Both the position numbers and the translations under genes were made by a program. Shown here in pieces: positions 48,132-57,092 of a stretch of DNA of 64,000 nt. The DNA is from Deltaproteobacteria bacterium GWB2_55_19 (GTDB lineage: Bacteria; Desulfobacterota; GWC2-55-46). Location of the stretch: contig MGPQ01000010.1 in NCBI GenBank assembly GCA_001797465.1, positions 4,028 through 68,027 of the forward strand, read 5' to 3'. Within the stretch, counting starts at the first letter, position 1. Each line of letters starts with the position of its first letter. A model generated the notes under the pieces. That model had not been told where the DNA came from, did not search any database, and worked only from the letters and a program-made list of their open reading frames with translations.

Positions 48132-48809
48132 ATGCTCAGACTCTCAACCCAATGGCGTCAGGGATTCTTTGCGGATGTCGAGCCCATAAGGCTCATTGAG
48201 CCACTCGCGTATGTGCTCGGAGCCCAGGACGAAGGCGAGCCCTTTGTCTTCAACTACACGGACGCGGTCCTTGTGGCAGGCCACTCCTGCCCGGCGGTTT
48301 CAGGGGCTTACAAATTAACAGCCAAGGCGCTAAAGGCCCTATATGGCAACGACCTGCCAGTCCGGGGCGAGATAAAGGTCCTTATAAAGGGCGGCCCCTC
48401 TGACCTCGCTTACGGGCCCCAGTCTCATGTCATCTCGCTAATAACGGGGGCCTCCGGCGCGACAGGTTTTAAGGGCCTCGGCGGCAACTACGGCAGGAAC
48501 AACAAGCTCTTCTTCGACGCAAAGGACGTCCAGTTCAACACCTTCATCTTCCAGAGAGAGGATAACGGAAAGGCCGTCCAGGTCGTCTATAACCCGCAGG
48601 CGCTCCCCGGCGACATGAGGATGAACGACCTCGTGCCGCTTGTGCTCAAGGGCCGTGCGACAAAGGAGCAAAAGGAGCTCTTTTATACACTCTGGCAGGG
48701 GAATGTGAAGAGGATACTCCTTGAGGACGAAAAATACCCGGGGCTCTTTGAGGTAAAAGAGCTTAAAAATTTCTCGTTCCCAAAGGGGCTTGACGACTCG
48801 GCGTATTAA
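48132..48809 (+). CDS. FmdE-like domain protein
   Basis: GHSCPAVSGAY motif, GFKGLGG...R; AAGGAG RBS. Confidence 0.6.
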   Translation: MLRLSTQWRQGFFADVEPIRLIEPLAYVLGAQDEGEPFVFNYTDAVLVAGHSCPAVSGAYKLTAKALKALYGNDLPVRGEIKVLIKGGPSDLAYGPQSHVISLITGASGATGFKGLGGNYGRNNKLFFDAKDVQFNTFIFQREDNGKAVQVVYNPQALPGDMRMNDLVPLVLKGRATKEQKELFYTLWQGNVKRILLEDEKYPGLFEVKELKNFSFPKGLDDSAY

Positions 48810-48851
48810 GCGCATTGGAAGGCAAGGCTAATAGACCCGCATATCGAAACT

Positions 48852-48891
48852 AAAGGACAGGGCAGGGGCCGCGGCCCCTGCCCTGTCCTTT
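48852..48891. terminator. 40-bp perfect palindrome, probable terminator
   Basis: AAAGGACAGGGCAGGGGCCG/CGGCCCCTGCCCTGTCCTTT followed by T/A-rich sequence. Confidence 0.6.
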
Positions 48892-48998
48892 TATATATTC
48901 AGGTGCATTTTTATTAAAATTGTGTAAAATATCCCTGTTCTCTCATCACGCTGTCCTTTCATTTTTCTCATCCGCCAAAAAAACTTTAAGGAGGCTGA

Positions 48999-49988
48999 AT
49001 GGCTATCGGGACACCCCTTACGAAGTTTCTTCTCGATGAGCAGAGGCGCTACCCCGAGTCGACCGGCAACTTCACTTCTCTCTTTTCCGACCTCGTCGTC
49101 GCCGCGAAGATAATCTCGCGCGAGGTGAACAGGGCCGGGCTCATAGACATACTCGGGTCCACAGGCGCTCAAAACGTCCAGGGCGAGGAGGTCCAGAAAC
49201 TCGACGAGCTCGCAAACGACATGCTCATAAGGACGATGGAGCACGGCGGCCACCTCTCCGGCATGGCCTCGGAAGAGATGGAAGAGATAGTAAAGGTCGA
49301 CGGAAAATTCCCGAAAGGGAGCTACCTCCTCCTCTTCGACCCGCTCGACGGCTCGACCAACATAGATGTCAACATAAGCGTCGGTACGATCTTCTCGATT
49401 CTCAAGCGCCCTGACGGAAGCGATACCACAACAAAGGACTTCCTCCAGCCCGGGATCCGGCAGGTCTGCGCCGGGTACATACTATACGGCTCTTCCACCA
49501 TGCTCGTCTACACGACCGGCCACGGGGTCCACGGCTTCACGCTCGACCCGTCAATAGGGGAGTTCCTCCTCTCGCATGAGGACATAAGGACCCCGGAGAA
49601 GGGCAAGATATACAGCATAAACGAGGGAAACTCCAAGCACTGGTTCCCGGCTACATCCATATATATTGAAAAGATCAAGGCTAACGAAAAGGGTTACAGC
49701 GCCAGATACGTCGGCTCGCTCGTCGCCGACTTTCACAGGAACCTTTTGAAGGGCGGCATATTCCTCTACCCCGCTGACAGGAAATCGAAAAACGGCAAAC
49801 TCCGGCTCCTGTATGAGGCGAACCCGCTATCCTTCATAATCGAGCAGGCAGGGGGAAAATCCTCGACAGGGGACAAAAGGGTGCTCGAAGTAGTCCCAGA
49901 GGAGCTCCACCAGAGGACGCCGCTCATCATCGGCTCAAAGGCGGACGTCGAGGAGGCGGAGAGCTTCTGGAAGTACCAGGAGGCTTAA
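48999..49988 (+). CDS. fbp: Class 1 fructose-1,6-bisphosphatase
   Basis: NVQGEEVQKLD, SEE, FDPLDGSTN, YSINEGN, RYVGSLVAD, GKLRLLYEANP. Confidence 0.95.
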   Translation: MAIGTPLTKFLLDEQRRYPESTGNFTSLFSDLVVAAKIISREVNRAGLIDILGSTGAQNVQGEEVQKLDELANDMLIRTMEHGGHLSGMASEEMEEIVKVDGKFPKGSYLLLFDPLDGSTNIDVNISVGTIFSILKRPDGSDTTTKDFLQPGIRQVCAGYILYGSSTMLVYTTGHGVHGFTLDPSIGEFLLSHEDIRTPEKGKIYSINEGNSKHWFPATSIYIEKIKANEKGYSARYVGSLVADFHRNLLKGGIFLYPADRKSKNGKLRLLYEANPLSFIIEQAGGKSSTGDKRVLEVVPEELHQRTPLIIGSKADVEEAESFWKYQEA

Positions 49989-50032
49989 GAGACCCGGCCT
50001 CCGCATGAACCTGCACATTGATATACCGCTCC

Positions 50033-50064
50033 AGGCCGCCGGAACATCCGGCGGCCTTTTTTTT
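50033..50064 (+). terminator. Intrinsic terminator after fbp
   Basis: AGGCCGCCGGA-ACA-TCCGGCGGCCT plus T run. Confidence 0.75.
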
Positions 50065-50103
50065 GGTACCCTCCCGAGAATAAAAACACACCCCCGGGCA
50101 CTC

Positions 50104-50148
50104 TGAAAACGGTTTTCACTTGACAATGAAAATCATTTTCAGTACAAT
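50104..50148 (+). promoter_or_regulatory. Fur box within the FTR1 promoter
   Basis: GACAATGAAAATCATTTTC (50122-50140, 16/19 to GATAATGATAATCATTATC) between TTGACA and TACAAT (17-nt spacer); second palindrome TGAAAACGGTTTTCA at 50104-50118. Confidence 0.8.
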
Positions 50149-50183
50149 CCGTACAGCACCGCAAAACGGCCAGAGGGGGTCTT

Positions 50184-50993
50184 ATGTTAGCAAGTTTCGC
50201 GATAACCTTCAGAGAATTTTTAGAAGCCTCTTTTTTGATTGTTATAGTGCTCGCCTGTTTGAAAAGGGCCGGGCATGAAACTTACAAGAGAAATGTATGG
50301 TACGGCGCGGGGGCCGGGGTTGCCGGTTCGGTATTTCTCGCCATTGCGTTTAATGTTTTTCTCGGGGGGCTTGAGGGGGATAAAGAGAAGGTATTTGAGG
50401 GCATCACAATGTCCGTCGCCGCCATATTGCTGACATGGATGATAATATGGATGATGGGGCAGAGGCATGTAATAAAAGAATTAGAAACTAAGGTTTATAC
50501 TGAGATCAGCAAAAGGGGCGCCCTGGGCATATCAATCCTTGTTGCCGTAGGTGTTTTACGGGAAGGCGTTGAAACAGTCATATTCCTGAATTCCGCGAGC
50601 TTTGCCGGAGGTGCAAACCTTATTGGAGCGATTGCAGGCGCTTCCACCGCTATTATAATCGGATATATTATCTTTGACGGCGCAAAAAGAATGAATCTGA
50701 AACTGTTCTTTCAATTATCCAGCGCGGTCCTTATCCTCTTTGCGGCAGGGCTCACTTCCCATGCCCTTCTTGAATTCCAGGAGGCGGGGATAATATCCCC
50801 GGTAATAGCGCCGCTTTATGATATAACCTGGCTGATAAGCAAGAAAAGCCTTGCCGGCGGTATTTTAAAGTCGCTCTTCGGTTATACCGGGAGACCTTCA
50901 CTGACCGAAATGACGGGCTATATAGGATATTTTGCCCTGACATATCTTCTTTACAGGCGCATACAAAAGACCCGTGTATCATCGGCGAATTAG
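50184..50993 (+). CDS. FTR1/EfeU family iron permease
   Basis: Two RExxE motifs (FREFLE, LREGVE), about seven TM helices, LFGY. Confidence 0.88.
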   Translation: MLASFAITFREFLEASFLIVIVLACLKRAGHETYKRNVWYGAGAGVAGSVFLAIAFNVFLGGLEGDKEKVFEGITMSVAAILLTWMIIWMMGQRHVIKELETKVYTEISKRGALGISILVAVGVLREGVETVIFLNSASFAGGANLIGAIAGASTAIIIGYIIFDGAKRMNLKLFFQLSSAVLILFAAGLTSHALLEFQEAGIISPVIAPLYDITWLISKKSLAGGILKSLFGYTGRPSLTEMTGYIGYFALTYLLYRRIQKTRVSSAN

Positions 50994-51129
50994 GTCTCTT
51001 TTCGATTTTTCAATGCAAAGGCCCGTATAAAAGGCAATGGTACGAGGCGCTATTTGAGGAGAAGGCGTGCGGGTGCTGATGAGAATGGGATGACACTTGA
51101 GGCCGCTTACTTGGCGGTTAATAATTTTT

Positions 51130-51165
51130 CCCCTCACCCCGGCCCTCTCCCACAAGGGGGGAGGG
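51130..51165. repeat. CCCTCACCCC-GGCCCTCTCCC..GGGAGGG repeat
   Basis: Near reverse complement of 14746-14783; partial copies at 18702-18721 and about 33460-33500. Confidence 0.65.
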
Positions 51166-51178
51166 TGACTAAAACTTC

Positions 51179-51559
51179 CTACAGCGCCTTTTTCATCCCG
51201 GCGAAATACTCTTCCGCGCTCTCCCTCGACTCAAAGTATGCTATAGACCCGTCGTCAAGCGCAACGATAAAGGCCTCCGCCTTGTTTATCTTTTTTCGAG
51301 ATAGCGGGTCCTTCGTATAGCGCAGCGCCGGGTCCTTTTTTATGCGCGCCTCGCAGTTTTTACAGCATACGTAATATGTCCTGCGGTCTATCAATACCTC
51401 TATCGTCGGAGAACCCGGCACCCTGTTTGCGACCATGCAGACGTCTTTGCTATCAACGGTCTTCACCTCGGCATTCGCGTAAGAGCAAAAAGAGGCCCAG
51501 GCCGCGATGACCACGAGCATGGTCATCAAGACCCTGCGCCGAACCGGGTTCGAGTTCAC
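51179..51559 (-). CDS. Exported YHS/TRASH-like metal-binding protein
   Basis: Signal peptide ending YANA, VCMV, YYVCCKNC, DPLS, YFES; start uncertain (GTG 51559). Confidence 0.65.
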   Translation of the reverse strand: MNSNPVRRRVLMTMLVVIAAWASFCSYANAEVKTVDSKDVCMVANRVPGSPTIEVLIDRRTYYVCCKNCEARIKKDPALRYTKDPLSRKKINKAEAFIVALDDGSIAYFESRESAEEYFAGMKKAL

Positions 51560-51572
51560 CGCTATCCGCGCC

Positions 51573-52955
51573 TTATTTTCCAATGCAGAAGTTCTCGAAT
51601 ATCTTGTCAAGTATATCCTCTGTCGTAGTCTCCCCGGTTATCTCGCCGAGGCCCTCGATTGACGAGCGCAGGTCCGTGGCGACGAGCTCCCGCGGCAATC
51701 CAATATCAAGGGCCTTGCTAGCGCGCTCGATCCCGTCAAGCGCGCGCTCCAAGGCTTGCTTGTGCCTCAAAGAGACGATAAGCTCGCCTGACGGAGCAGT
51801 GAGGGGCGTGGACATATACGGGTGGCCGACGGCCCCGGCGTATATCTCGTCCTTCAGCGCCTCGATGCCCTCACCCGTGAGCGCGGAGATATGGACGGCA
51901 TTAAAGCGGCAAAGCGCCGGTATCTCCCTCGCACCCGCTATATCGGTCTTATTCACCGCCACTATGACCTTCTTGTCACGAAGGCCTTCAAGATTAGCGA
52001 GGTCCTCTCCCAGGTCATCGGCGGACGCATCTATCACATAGAGGACTATCCCGGCGTCCTTTATCCGGGAGCGCGCGGCCAGGACCCCCATCTTCTCGAC
52101 GAAGTCGCCGGTCTCTCTTAAACCGGCCGTGTCCATCAGCCGGACGGGCAGGCCCCTTATGTTTACGACCTCCTCTATTACATCCCTCGTCGTCCCCGGA
52201 ACATGCGTCACTATGGCGCGCTCCTCCATAAGCAGGATATTCAAGAGGCTCGATTTACCCGCGTTGGGCCGCCCCAGTATGAGCGCCCTTATGCCGTCCC
52301 GTATGACACGGCCCTCGTCGAAGGTAAGGAGGAGCCGCTTTACCACAACTCCCGCCCCTGAGAGGGCCTCCAGAACCCCCTCCCTCGGCAAACCGTCTAT
52401 CTCATCCTCCGGAAAATCGAGCTCAGCCTCGAGGTGCACAAGTAGGTCAAAGAGCCCGTCCTTTACTTGTTTGACCCTCCTCCCGAGCGTACCCTGGAGG
52501 CGGCCCGAGGCAGAGCTGAGGGCCGTCTCGGTCTGCGCCCTGATGATGTCTATGACGGCCTCGGCCTGGGAGAGGTCGAGCTTGCCGTTTAGAAACGCCC
52601 TCTTAGTGAACTCTCCGGGAAGGGCAAGGCGGGCGCCGCAGGCCAATACCTCGCCGAGGACCCTCTTCAAAAGAAGCGGCCCGCCGTGGCAGTGGAGCTC
52701 GACGACGTCCTCGCCGGTTGCGGACCTCGGCCCCTTCATGAATACCATAAGGGCAGAGTCGAGGGCCGCGCCCGAGGGGTCCTTTACGAGGCCGCTATGG
52801 AGATACCTCTCCTTCAAAGGCGCCTTTGAAGCCGGGTGGAATACGCCGAGCGCGGCCTCTATCGCCAGAGGCCCGCTCAACCTGATTATACCGACCCCGC
52901 CTTCTCCCCATGCCGTTGAAATAGCGGCTATCGTCTCTTGAACGTCACTCATCAT
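51573..52955 (-). CDS. mnmE: tRNA modification GTPase MnmE
   Basis: TIAAIST, GEFTKRAFLNGK, GRPNAGKSS, GTTRD, DTAG, NKTD, FCIGK. Confidence 0.95.
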   Translation of the reverse strand: MMSDVQETIAAISTAWGEGGVGIIRLSGPLAIEAALGVFHPASKAPLKERYLHSGLVKDPSGAALDSALMVFMKGPRSATGEDVVELHCHGGPLLLKRVLGEVLACGARLALPGEFTKRAFLNGKLDLSQAEAVIDIIRAQTETALSSASGRLQGTLGRRVKQVKDGLFDLLVHLEAELDFPEDEIDGLPREGVLEALSGAGVVVKRLLLTFDEGRVIRDGIRALILGRPNAGKSSLLNILLMEERAIVTHVPGTTRDVIEEVVNIRGLPVRLMDTAGLRETGDFVEKMGVLAARSRIKDAGIVLYVIDASADDLGEDLANLEGLRDKKVIVAVNKTDIAGAREIPALCRFNAVHISALTGEGIEALKDEIYAGAVGHPYMSTPLTAPSGELIVSLRHKQALERALDGIERASKALDIGLPRELVATDLRSSIEGLGEITGETTTEDILDKIFENFCIGK

Positions 52956-52963
52956 ATGTAAAC

Positions 52964-52993
52964 ATTATATAAAAATAAGGTGGCCCGGGTCAA
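52964..52993 (-). promoter_or_regulatory. mnmE promoter (near-leaderless)
   Basis: TTGACC-18 nt-TATAAT, 8 nt to ATG. Confidence 0.6.
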
Positions 52994-53020
52994 TAAATCA
53001 CCTGAGCGTTCCAGGGCCAC

Positions 53021-53052
53021 AAAAAAAGGCGGGGGCCGAAGTCCCCGCCTTT
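53021..53052 (-). terminator. Intrinsic terminator after yidC
   Basis: AAAGGCGGGG...CCCCGCCTTT with A7 on the left. Confidence 0.72.
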
Positions 53053-53082
53053 GACAATTTTGCCGTTCTTAAAAATCCGTTC

Positions 53083-54678
53083 TTACGCCCTCGCCTTTGC
53101 CGGGGTCTTCTGTATGTAATACTGCTGGGCGATGGAGAGGACGTTGTTCACGAGCCAGTATATGACGAGGCCTGAGGGGAAGCTCAAAAACATGAAGGTG
53201 AATATCACAGGCATGATGAGCATTATCTTCGCCTGAGCCGGGTCGACGGAGGTCGGCGTCATCTTCTGCTGGAGGAACATCGTGGCGCCCATGATGATAG
53301 GCGAGATGTAATAAGGGTCCTTGTCGGACAAATCCGTTATCCAGAGGAAGAAGGGCTCGTGCCGGAGCTCTATCGCCACGTAGAGGACCTCGTAGAGGCC
53401 GATGAAGACGGGTATCTGGAGTATCATCGGGAGGCACCCGCCGACCGGGTTCACCTTATACCTCTTGTAGAGCTCCATCAGCTCCTTGTTCATCTTCTCT
53501 TTGTTGTCCTTGTACTTCTCCTTAAGGGCCGCGAGCTGGGGCTGCATGTTCTGGAGCTCCTTCATCGACTTAAGGCTGTGCTTCGTCAGCGGATAGAAGA
53601 CGACCTTGGTGATGAAGGTTAGGATGATTATCGCTATGCCGTAATTGCCGACATACCTCTTGAGGAAGTTCAACACCACGAGGAAGGGTTTTGCCAGCGG
53701 GCTGAACCAGCCGAACTCAATCGCCTCATCGAGTCCCGCCTTGTACGAAAGGAGGAGGTCGTATTCCTTGGGCCCAATGAAGGTCCTGTACGCCACGGTC
53801 TTCGTCTCTCCGGGAGAGAGCACGAGCGGGACGGAGACCGTCGCCCTTGACGCAGACGATGAAGAGACCTCAGTTATCCAGTTGAGGGCGGCGTCAGGCG
53901 GAGGGATGACGGCCGAGAGGAAGTATTTGCTTTCGAGCCCTATCCAGCGCGGGGGCTCGTTCCCGGACTTCTCCTTCTCGTCGTCGGCCTGCCGTATGAG
54001 CTTTCCCTTCGAAGTACTCACAATCGGGCCGGTGTGGTAGCCGGATGCGTCCTTGCCCGCTACGTTGGCGGAAAGCACCGTCTCGACAGACCCCTGGAAC
54101 GGGGCGGGCCCCGTGTTAGCGACGGTTATCTCGGTATCGACCAGGTAGCTCGAACCCGTAAACCTGTACTTCTTGTCTATCTTCAAGCCCTTTGCAAAGC
54201 CCGAGTACGCGACCTCTCCTGCACCCTGAGGGGGAACCGCCACTTTGGACGACGCCGCTTCAAGGACGATGTTTTCCGCCTTTTCCCCGGCTGGCCTTAT
54301 GAACGTCGAGAGCGAGCCCATCCTGGCGACTGACTCCGAGAGGTTAACGCCCCTTGAAGGGTCTTTTATAGTCGCCTCGTATTCCCTGAGCTCCCACCTC
54401 TTAAGACCGCCGCCGACGCTCGTAAATGTCGCCTTTACAAGCGGGGTCTCGATGGTCGTAAGGGTCTCCTTTACCGGCTTTTCAGGGGTAGCCCTGGGCT
54501 CGGCCTTTACGGAAGGGACCGTGCCAGGGGTTGTCTCGTTTGAAGCGGCCTCGGTCTTCTTTTCAGTTGCCGCTGTCTGGGCCTTGGGCTTCGGCGGGTT
54601 TATCCAGTTGACCGCATAGGGGTAGCCTAACATTACCCCCATTGAAAGGACTATTGCGTATATGAGCCTCTTGTCCAT
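53083..54678 (-). CDS. yidC: Membrane protein insertase YidC
   Basis: GPK, FGWF, NYGIAII, VNPVGGCLP, WITDLS..DPYY, GLVIYW. Confidence 0.95.
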   Translation of the reverse strand: MDKRLIYAIVLSMGVMLGYPYAVNWINPPKPKAQTAATEKKTEAASNETTPGTVPSVKAEPRATPEKPVKETLTTIETPLVKATFTSVGGGLKRWELREYEATIKDPSRGVNLSESVARMGSLSTFIRPAGEKAENIVLEAASSKVAVPPQGAGEVAYSGFAKGLKIDKKYRFTGSSYLVDTEITVANTGPAPFQGSVETVLSANVAGKDASGYHTGPIVSTSKGKLIRQADDEKEKSGNEPPRWIGLESKYFLSAVIPPPDAALNWITEVSSSSASRATVSVPLVLSPGETKTVAYRTFIGPKEYDLLLSYKAGLDEAIEFGWFSPLAKPFLVVLNFLKRYVGNYGIAIIILTFITKVVFYPLTKHSLKSMKELQNMQPQLAALKEKYKDNKEKMNKELMELYKRYKVNPVGGCLPMILQIPVFIGLYEVLYVAIELRHEPFFLWITDLSDKDPYYISPIIMGATMFLQQKMTPTSVDPAQAKIMLIMPVIFTFMFLSFPSGLVIYWLVNNVLSIAQQYYIQKTPAKARA

Positions 54679-54690
54679 TTTTGAGCCTTC

Positions 54691-54954
54691 TTAAGCCTTT
54701 TCTTTTTTATCCACGCCGCGAAGAGCGGCGCTGATGTCGGTTTCCGGCACCGGATCAAAACCTCCGGGGTGGTAAGGGTGGCACCTGAATATTCTTTTAA
54801 GGGCAAGGACCGCGCCGGGGAACGCGCCGTGGCACTCAATCGCCCTGTACGCGTAATCGGAACATGTAGGATAAAACCTGCAGGAGGGCGGGAGCACGGG
54901 CGAGATCGCGCGTTTGTAAAAAAAGATGAGCCACATGAGCGGCCTTTTGAACAT
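54691..54954 (-). CDS. yidD: Membrane protein insertion efficiency factor YidD
   Basis: [14 protein letters not shown]...GGFDPVP; ATG overlaps rnpA TAA. Confidence 0.92.
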   Translation of the reverse strand: MFKRPLMWLIFFYKRAISPVLPPSCRFYPTCSDYAYRAIECHGAFPGAVLALKRIFRCHPYHPGGFDPVPETDISAALRGVDKKEKA

Positions 54955-55331
54955 TATCGGCCACACTCCTTTGCTTCCATCACCTTTTGCGCGTCCTTGA
55001 AAGGGCCGAGAGACTTTAACTCCGCTTCCACGTCCGAGAGGCGCTTGAGCCCCTCGGCGCTCCTTACGGTGACGAGTATGTCGGAGGACTCCGGAAAGAA
55101 ACCCTTGTTCAGCCGGAAAAATTCCCGGATGAGCCTTTTAACCCTGTTCCTGACAACGGCGTTGCCGACCCTTGCGCTGACTGAGAGCCCGAGCCTTCTT
55201 GTCCCAAGCCCGTTATAAAAGACGTGCGCCTGGAGGGACTTTGTCGAATACCTCTTCCCGGATTTGCGGGCCCTCGTGAACTCGTCAGGCTTTAAAAGCC
55301 TCTCTGCCTTGGAAAAGGTATGTTCTTTCAA
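54954..55331 (-). CDS. rnpA: Ribonuclease P protein component
   Basis: [26 protein letters not shown]. Confidence 0.93.
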   Translation of the reverse strand: MKEHTFSKAERLLKPDEFTRARKSGKRYSTKSLQAHVFYNGLGTRRLGLSVSARVGNAVVRNRVKRLIREFFRLNKGFFPESSDILVTVRSAEGLKRLSDVEAELKSLGPFKDAQKVMEAKECGR

Positions 55332-55368
55332 TCGCCGCCTTGCGGGCCAGAAGGGTATCTAAAAATAT

Positions 55369-55400
55369 TGAGAGAAACTTTTTATAAAAAGTTTCTCTCA
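55369..55400. repeat. 32-bp perfect palindrome between rpmH and rnpA
   Basis: TGAGAGAAACTTTTTA/TAAAAAGTTTCTCTCA. Confidence 0.7.
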
Positions 55401-55421
55401 TGCGCCTCCCTTCTTCAAGGG

Positions 55422-55574
55422 CTACTTGCTGGTGCTGATGGTGACGCTCAGGCGTTTTCTACCCTTGGCCCTTCTTCTGTTGATGACGGCCCTGCCGCCT
55501 TTGGTCGCCATCCTCTCAAGGAAGCCGTGGGTCCTGAGTCTTCTTTTTTTGCTCGGCTGAAAGGTCCTTTTCAT
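55422..55574 (-). CDS. rpmH: 50S ribosomal protein L34 (absent from the ORF track)
   Basis: Hand translation [50 protein letters not shown]; GAGGA RBS. Confidence 0.96.
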   Translation of the reverse strand: MKRTFQPSKKRRLRTHGFLERMATKGGRAVINRRRAKGRKRLSVTISTSK

Positions 55575-55740
55575 CGCAGTCCTCTTTTATGGTATTTGCT
55601 TTGGCTGTCAGGATAAAAGTGTCTACCCTGTTTTCGGGCGTGGTAATCCGAAAACGAAACCGATATTAAGACACAAGGGCCGTATTTATGTCAAGTTTTT
55701 TCTAAAAACCGGCGCCCGGCCCTTTTGGTCCCTTTGCGGA

Positions 55741-56841
55741 TCAGAGCCTCATCGGCATTATGATATAGGTGTAGTCGTCGGACCCTTCGGGCCTCAATAT
55801 CCCCGGTGAGAGCGGGTCTTTGAGGTTTATGCGGACCTTCTCCTCGTCAAGCGCCTCCAGCATGTCGATAAAGTACCTTGCGTTGAACGCTATCTCGATA
55901 TCTTCTTCGGAGTAGTCCAGGTCGAGCTCCTCGATCGCGTCTCCGATATCCGGGCTTGAGGAGGAGAGGACGAGGCGGGACTTAAGGAAGCTGAACTTCA
56001 CCCCCTTTATCTTGTCTGACGAGAGTATCGAGACCCTTTTAAGGGACGCCAGCAAGACCGCTTTTTCCGCGACTGCCATTTTGTCGTTATCCTTTGGTAT
56101 GACCTTTTTGTAGTCCGGGAATTCTCCTTCAAGGAGACGGACGCTTATGACGGTCGCGTCTTTTTTCATTACCGCGCTCTTTTCCGTAACGCCTAAGAGG
56201 AATTCCCCTTCTTTTTCATCGAGGAGCTTTCTCATTTCCATGACGCCTTTTCTCGGGAGGAGGACGCCTTCTTTCTGGACAGCGGATTTCAGGTCCTGTT
56301 TCTCGATAAAGGCGAGTCTGTGGCCGTCCGTGGCTACCATCCTTATCTTCGTTTCCTCCTTTTCAAGGAGAAAACCGTTTATGTTGTAGCGTGTCTCGTC
56401 CGTGGAGACCGCGAACGATGTCTTGTCTATCATCTCTTTCAGATTATCGCTGTCCACGGGTTCAAGCCTGGAATCGTCTATGGCCGGGAATACCGGAAAA
56501 TCCTTTGAGGGCAGTCCCATGATGCTGAACCTGGCCTTACCCGCCTTTACGGTCACCCTGTCTTCCTTCGACGTGGAGACGTCCACTTTGTCCGACGGCA
56601 GTTCCTTTACTATCTCGAAGAGCTTCCTCGCATTCACCGTAACGGACCCGTCTTCAGAGACATCGGCGGGGGAGGAGTCTTTTATAAAAACCTCAAGGTC
56701 CGTCGCCATGATATTGAGCCTTCCATTGGAGGACTCCATGAGGACGTTTGCGAGTATCGGCATGGTATTTCTTTTTTCAACGATACCCTGTATTCTCTGG
56801 AGGACCTTTATGAATTCAGGCTTGCCGATATTGAACTTCAT
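55741..56841 (-). CDS. dnaN: DNA polymerase III beta clamp
   Basis: MPILANV, ATDLE, ATDGHRL, GEFPDY, FNARY, IMPMRL. Confidence 0.96.
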   Translation of the reverse strand: MKFNIGKPEFIKVLQRIQGIVEKRNTMPILANVLMESSNGRLNIMATDLEVFIKDSSPADVSEDGSVTVNARKLFEIVKELPSDKVDVSTSKEDRVTVKAGKARFSIMGLPSKDFPVFPAIDDSRLEPVDSDNLKEMIDKTSFAVSTDETRYNINGFLLEKEETKIRMVATDGHRLAFIEKQDLKSAVQKEGVLLPRKGVMEMRKLLDEKEGEFLLGVTEKSAVMKKDATVISVRLLEGEFPDYKKVIPKDNDKMAVAEKAVLLASLKRVSILSSDKIKGVKFSFLKSRLVLSSSSPDIGDAIEELDLDYSEEDIEIAFNARYFIDMLEALDEEKVRINLKDPLSPGILRPEGSDDYTYIIMPMRL

Positions 56842-56854
56842 CTCGCTCTCCTCT

Positions 56855-57090
56855 GTATCTATTATTTAAATATATTTATTTAGTAGTAGGTAGTAGGTAC
56901 CGGTATTTTGTTTATAACGGTCTTAACGGCCCGTATCCGCTCATAAAGGAGGCTTGATAATCTGTTTATAAAAGAGGCCGGTTATCAACACTTTTTTCCT
57001 GCGCCGCCGTATTTTTAAAAAAGCCCCCTGGTTGCCAACAGTTCTTAACAGCCTTCCGAGAGTTTGCCAACAGGCATATCAACAGCCATC
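56855..57090. other. Probable oriC: AT-rich unwinding element, DnaA-trios and variant DnaA boxes
   Basis: AT-only tract 56860-56882, TAG repeats 56881-56896, short GC segment, box-like 9-mers at 56909, 56963, 56982, 57032, 57042, 57064, 57076; lies between dnaA and dnaN. Confidence 0.8.
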
Positions 57091-57092
57091 GG

